Positions 60,467 through 64,000 of a stretch of 64,000 nt of DNA are shown here, in pieces; position 1 is the stretch's first letter; each line of letters opens with the position of its first letter. This DNA is from Ruditapes philippinarum (taxonomy: Eukaryota). The notes below the pieces were generated by a model that worked only from the letters and a program-made list of their open reading frames with translations, was not told the DNA's origin and ran no database searches. The stretch is from NCBI RefSeq assembly GCF_026571515.1, contig NW_026858824.1, positions 248,001-312,000 on the forward strand, in the 5' to 3' direction. The translations under genes were made by a program, and so were the position numbers.

Positions 60467-63176
60467 GGAACCCCATTGTATCGTGCTATTTATTGTATCG
60501 ATCTATTTACAAATCTTTAGATTTTTTGCAAAATACGCCACCTACTGATTGTTAACAATTACAACAGTGTCACAAAAATCTTTCGCATTCGTTTTGTGCC
60601 GTAAAAATGATCAAAAACATGTTTCCAGTACCGTCCCAGCAGGCACTCGACGTTGTTTCAACGTTGAAACAACGTTGAAATATGGTCGTGACGTTGTTCA
60701 ACCAATATGCAACTATGGATGACCATACGGATATATTGCCAATGTATATACAACGTTGATTCAACGTTGTTTATGGTCGAAGTTTTACATTTAGTTTAAT
60801 CATTATATAAACTTTTATACCACTAATTTTGTGATATTATTCCTTTATTGAGTTAGTCTGCAAGTGATTTTTGTCAGAAAAATTTGCGTTACAATCTTTT
60901 TTTCGTATATTCAAAATTAGCGCTTAAACAGATAAAGTTGGAAATAATTTTCACTTTCTATTAACGCTTTAAACATTAGTTAATATGTTTTGTTGTTTGT
61001 TGTTTTATTTTTTAGTTCCTTATGAATAATATTATTTAATAAATTGATATTAGTCAAAACCCCGTTTATAAAATAACGCTGGTCAGGGGAAGTAATTGTT
61101 GCGGTCTATGATTTTGTTTGTTTGTCTATGATGATCGTTTGTGCAAATGGTGGGCCTGTTTGGAAAATTTGAAAACAACACGATTGGCAATTTATTTGGA
61201 TTTCGAAGGTATTACCGTTATATTTTACTTTAGTTTACTGGTTATTTTCTAAAATATTAATATTCATTGTTTAAATTCTACTTTAATTTACTTTATGAAA
61301 TAAATGAGAGATATAAACACATGATTGAGTTGATTTGACACGTTTTCGCGACCTAATTGAATGATTTGGGTTCGGTAGGGCCTTGTAAGCATGAAGTTAT
61401 TGATGTCATTGGCAATTTATGATTTTACAAATCTTGTCTTTCTTTAATTTATTTTTCATATTATTAAACATTTGTCTGTACTATATCCTATTTAGAATTT
61501 AATCAATTTTAAAATTGAAAACCTATAAAGTAGTTCGGCCCACTTAATTTACGTCCCAAAGACGATTCGTCAATATATATAACTATGTTTTATATTTTAT
61601 TGATAGTATAATACAGTGTTAATTAGTTTGAAAAAAAATACATTATAATGATTATTATTAAGTTAAATAACAAATTTGAGTGTTAAACTTTAAAGTTTAA
61701 TAGTCGTAATTTTAAGGGAATAATAAATCTATATTTTTATTTTATATTATATATTATTTTATATTCTAGATCCTGGTCCTGGCTGAATTTAGAGTATTGC
61801 AGCTGTAGCCTGTATACCATACATTCAACATGAAAAGGAGTTTCAGGTTTGTTACATTGAAATTTATTCTTATTAATTTATATAGGCCTATTTGAATTTC
61901 TTTACAATACAAAGTATAAATTTTTCAACTACTGGATATTTATCTTGTCTTAAAATATATTTCTTTCGGAATATTCCTGTAACATTATTAATTTAAAATT
62001 TACATGTTTGTTGATTTCAGGATGCTGCATAAAATGGTCTTAGCTAGAGCCTAGAATGTAAATTTCTTGGGAATATGCTGCAAGTAACTGACGGGGAGCA
62101 GTTTTTCTTACCAATCATAGGTGAGACTTTTAAATAGCTTCTTTTTAAAAAGATTTTGTTGTCTTATACAGTATTTGCTGTCAATATCAAACTTAGCTAT
62201 GTTTCAATTTCTATGCTGTTTTATGATGTACATCTTAGAGAAAAGCATTTTAAGATAAAAAAAAAATTCACTAAGTTGAGTAATTATATGTATAATTTGA
62301 GATTGACCAAGTCACTTTTAACTTCAAACTTCTTATTTTTATTTGCAGAAGCAGTAAGAGACAGCCAAAGAAGTACTCAAACACTTGACATACCCAGAAA
62401 GATCTAGAAGAAAAGATTGGAAAAGATTGTAGCTTAATTGTTAAAACTATTAAAGTGAATTTAAGCTGCACTTGAACTGTATTTTTGAAATAAAATATCT
62501 GAAGTATTTAATATTGTCTTGATATTTTGTTAAACTCGGTTACTTTGCTTTATATCCAAATATTTAAGTATGGTGGGTTTTCAACGTTGAAATGACATTG
62601 AAACTTCAACGTTGTGCCAACATTGAAGCTGCAACGTTGTATCAACGTTGAAATTTCAACGTTGTTTCAACTTTCAAATCCGAATATAAATCCAACCTTA
62701 TTTCAGCGTTGAAATCTGACCATAATTCAACGTTGAAACAACGTTGATGTGCCTGCTGGGTATGTCAGACTTTGTAGATAATAAATAGACTTATAAATAG
62801 TGTGTTCTTATTAAATACACATTTACTGTCTGTTGAAAGTTCCTAAATTTATGCTGACATTTTAAAACAGACATCTTTGATTCTAATTGACTGAAAAATC
62901 TAACATAAAGATGGGTCAGGCTTCCCAAACTTTAAATAACTGAGCGATTCTCACAATGCATCGATATAATGGCGTGACCTAATTCTTCAACCTGTTTGAC
63001 ATGTCTGTAAATATCCGTATATTCCAAAGCTAAAAACTATATATCAGTGACGTTTGCCATGTAAATATTATGACAAAAGAATCAAAATAAATGATACAAA
63101 ATAAAGATTCAGGGAGATTTAAATTTTTAACTGCAGTTGTCATTTAAAGGTAAATAGATCGATACAAAGGGGTTCC
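60467..63176. mobile_element. TIR element hosting the 60635-62760 element
   Basis: GGAACCCC.TTGTATCG..ATCTATTTAC versus GTAAATAGATCGATACAAAGGGGTTCC. Confidence 0.6.
60635..62760. mobile_element. Non-autonomous TIR element, EnSpm/CACTA-like
   Basis: TIR CCCAGCAGGCAC / GTGCCTGCTGGG with arrays of palindromic CAACGTTG at both ends; TSD not clean. Confidence 0.75.
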
Positions 63177-64000
63177 AGGCTACTGTATCGCCAATACACT
63201 GATTGCATAATAGTTTCACAACTAGCAGACAACAGGCTATTCTTAATATGAAAAAGGCAAAGCCTCAAAGCCAACTGTGAAATAGTATTAAACAATCGTT
63301 CATTTTTATTTTACATTTTCCGTTTTAAAATTGTCATTCAGTATTTTACATTTATTCTGGTTCCCTGTCCAATTACGGTTCCCGTATTAGTGCGCAGGAC
63401 ACCAGTCTACGCTTCCGTTTTCAATCAGAATACCTCTGATTTTATCGTTATCTTGTTATTCGAAAAGTTGCGCTGGGTCAGTTCAGTACTTAGGACAAAG
63501 TTTTCACAACCATCACTATCAAGCATGTACTCGCCTTACCGTAAAGCTTGCTTTGTGAGCAGGCCCTTCAGGCCAGCTCTTCGAACTCGCTATCAGTAGA
63601 ATACTTACGCATCTCACTGTATAAATTGTATGTAAAATGGTCTGACATGTGCATTATGCCCATCCAAGGGTATATAGTGAGTGAACGGGTGAAGATCAAA
63701 ATAGGTTTTCATTTTGACATAATCCCTTTTAATTTAATCATTAATTTTACATAAACAATAGATAACACACAGATCCAAATGAAATTTCTGTAAATATCCG
63801 TTAGAATTTACGTATAACCCTTTGTTTATAAAAAGAGTGGGGCAGTCTTTTTAGATTTTAGGTAGATTTATAATTTTATCCTTAACATTTTCCAATATCA
63901 ACTGTTGGTCAAACACCATTTTGACAGTCAATCTTTAGAAATATAACGTCAATTCAGCTCAACTTTACTATGAAAATATGAGCATAATGTCTGACTTTAA

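Noticed and set aside
63460-63612. Possible selenoprotein UxxC (ELA-TGA-RAC) on the minus strand in a GC-richer patch
   Set aside because: No recognisable family or SECIS element, and the frame is short; the region remains unexplained.

Overview
AT-rich, intron-containing eukaryotic DNA; the repeat families suggest a bivalve mollusc (inference). Four complete spliced genes were reconstructed by hand with consistent GT/AG phases: a 2OG-Fe(II) oxygenase (minus, 6 exons, 250 aa), a head-to-head Ly6/quiver-like GPI protein (plus, 3 exons, 137 aa), ALG5 (minus, 9 exons, 324 aa) and a PGAP2-like gene (minus, 5 exons, 272 aa). The first two exons of a tandem paralog of the oxygenase are also present, and its intron holds a Gypsy element. 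The rest is a dense, often nested transposon landscape. Main unusual signals: (1) the apparent tRNA SINEs are LTRs of a miniature LTR retrotransposon with Pol III A/B boxes inside each LTR, a tRNA-Lys PBS, a PPT and 4-bp TSDs (Helenus/TRIMp3-like); (2) the Gypsy element carries an extra C2H2 zinc-finger ORF at the env position behind its own splice acceptor; (3) four sequence-unrelated long hairpins share a strand-specific tandem GA/GA mismatch motif; (4) a four-level transposon nest, two levels with exact TSDs, sits in PGAP2 intron 1. No database searches were possible, so family names come from motif recognition and coordinates are hand-counted.
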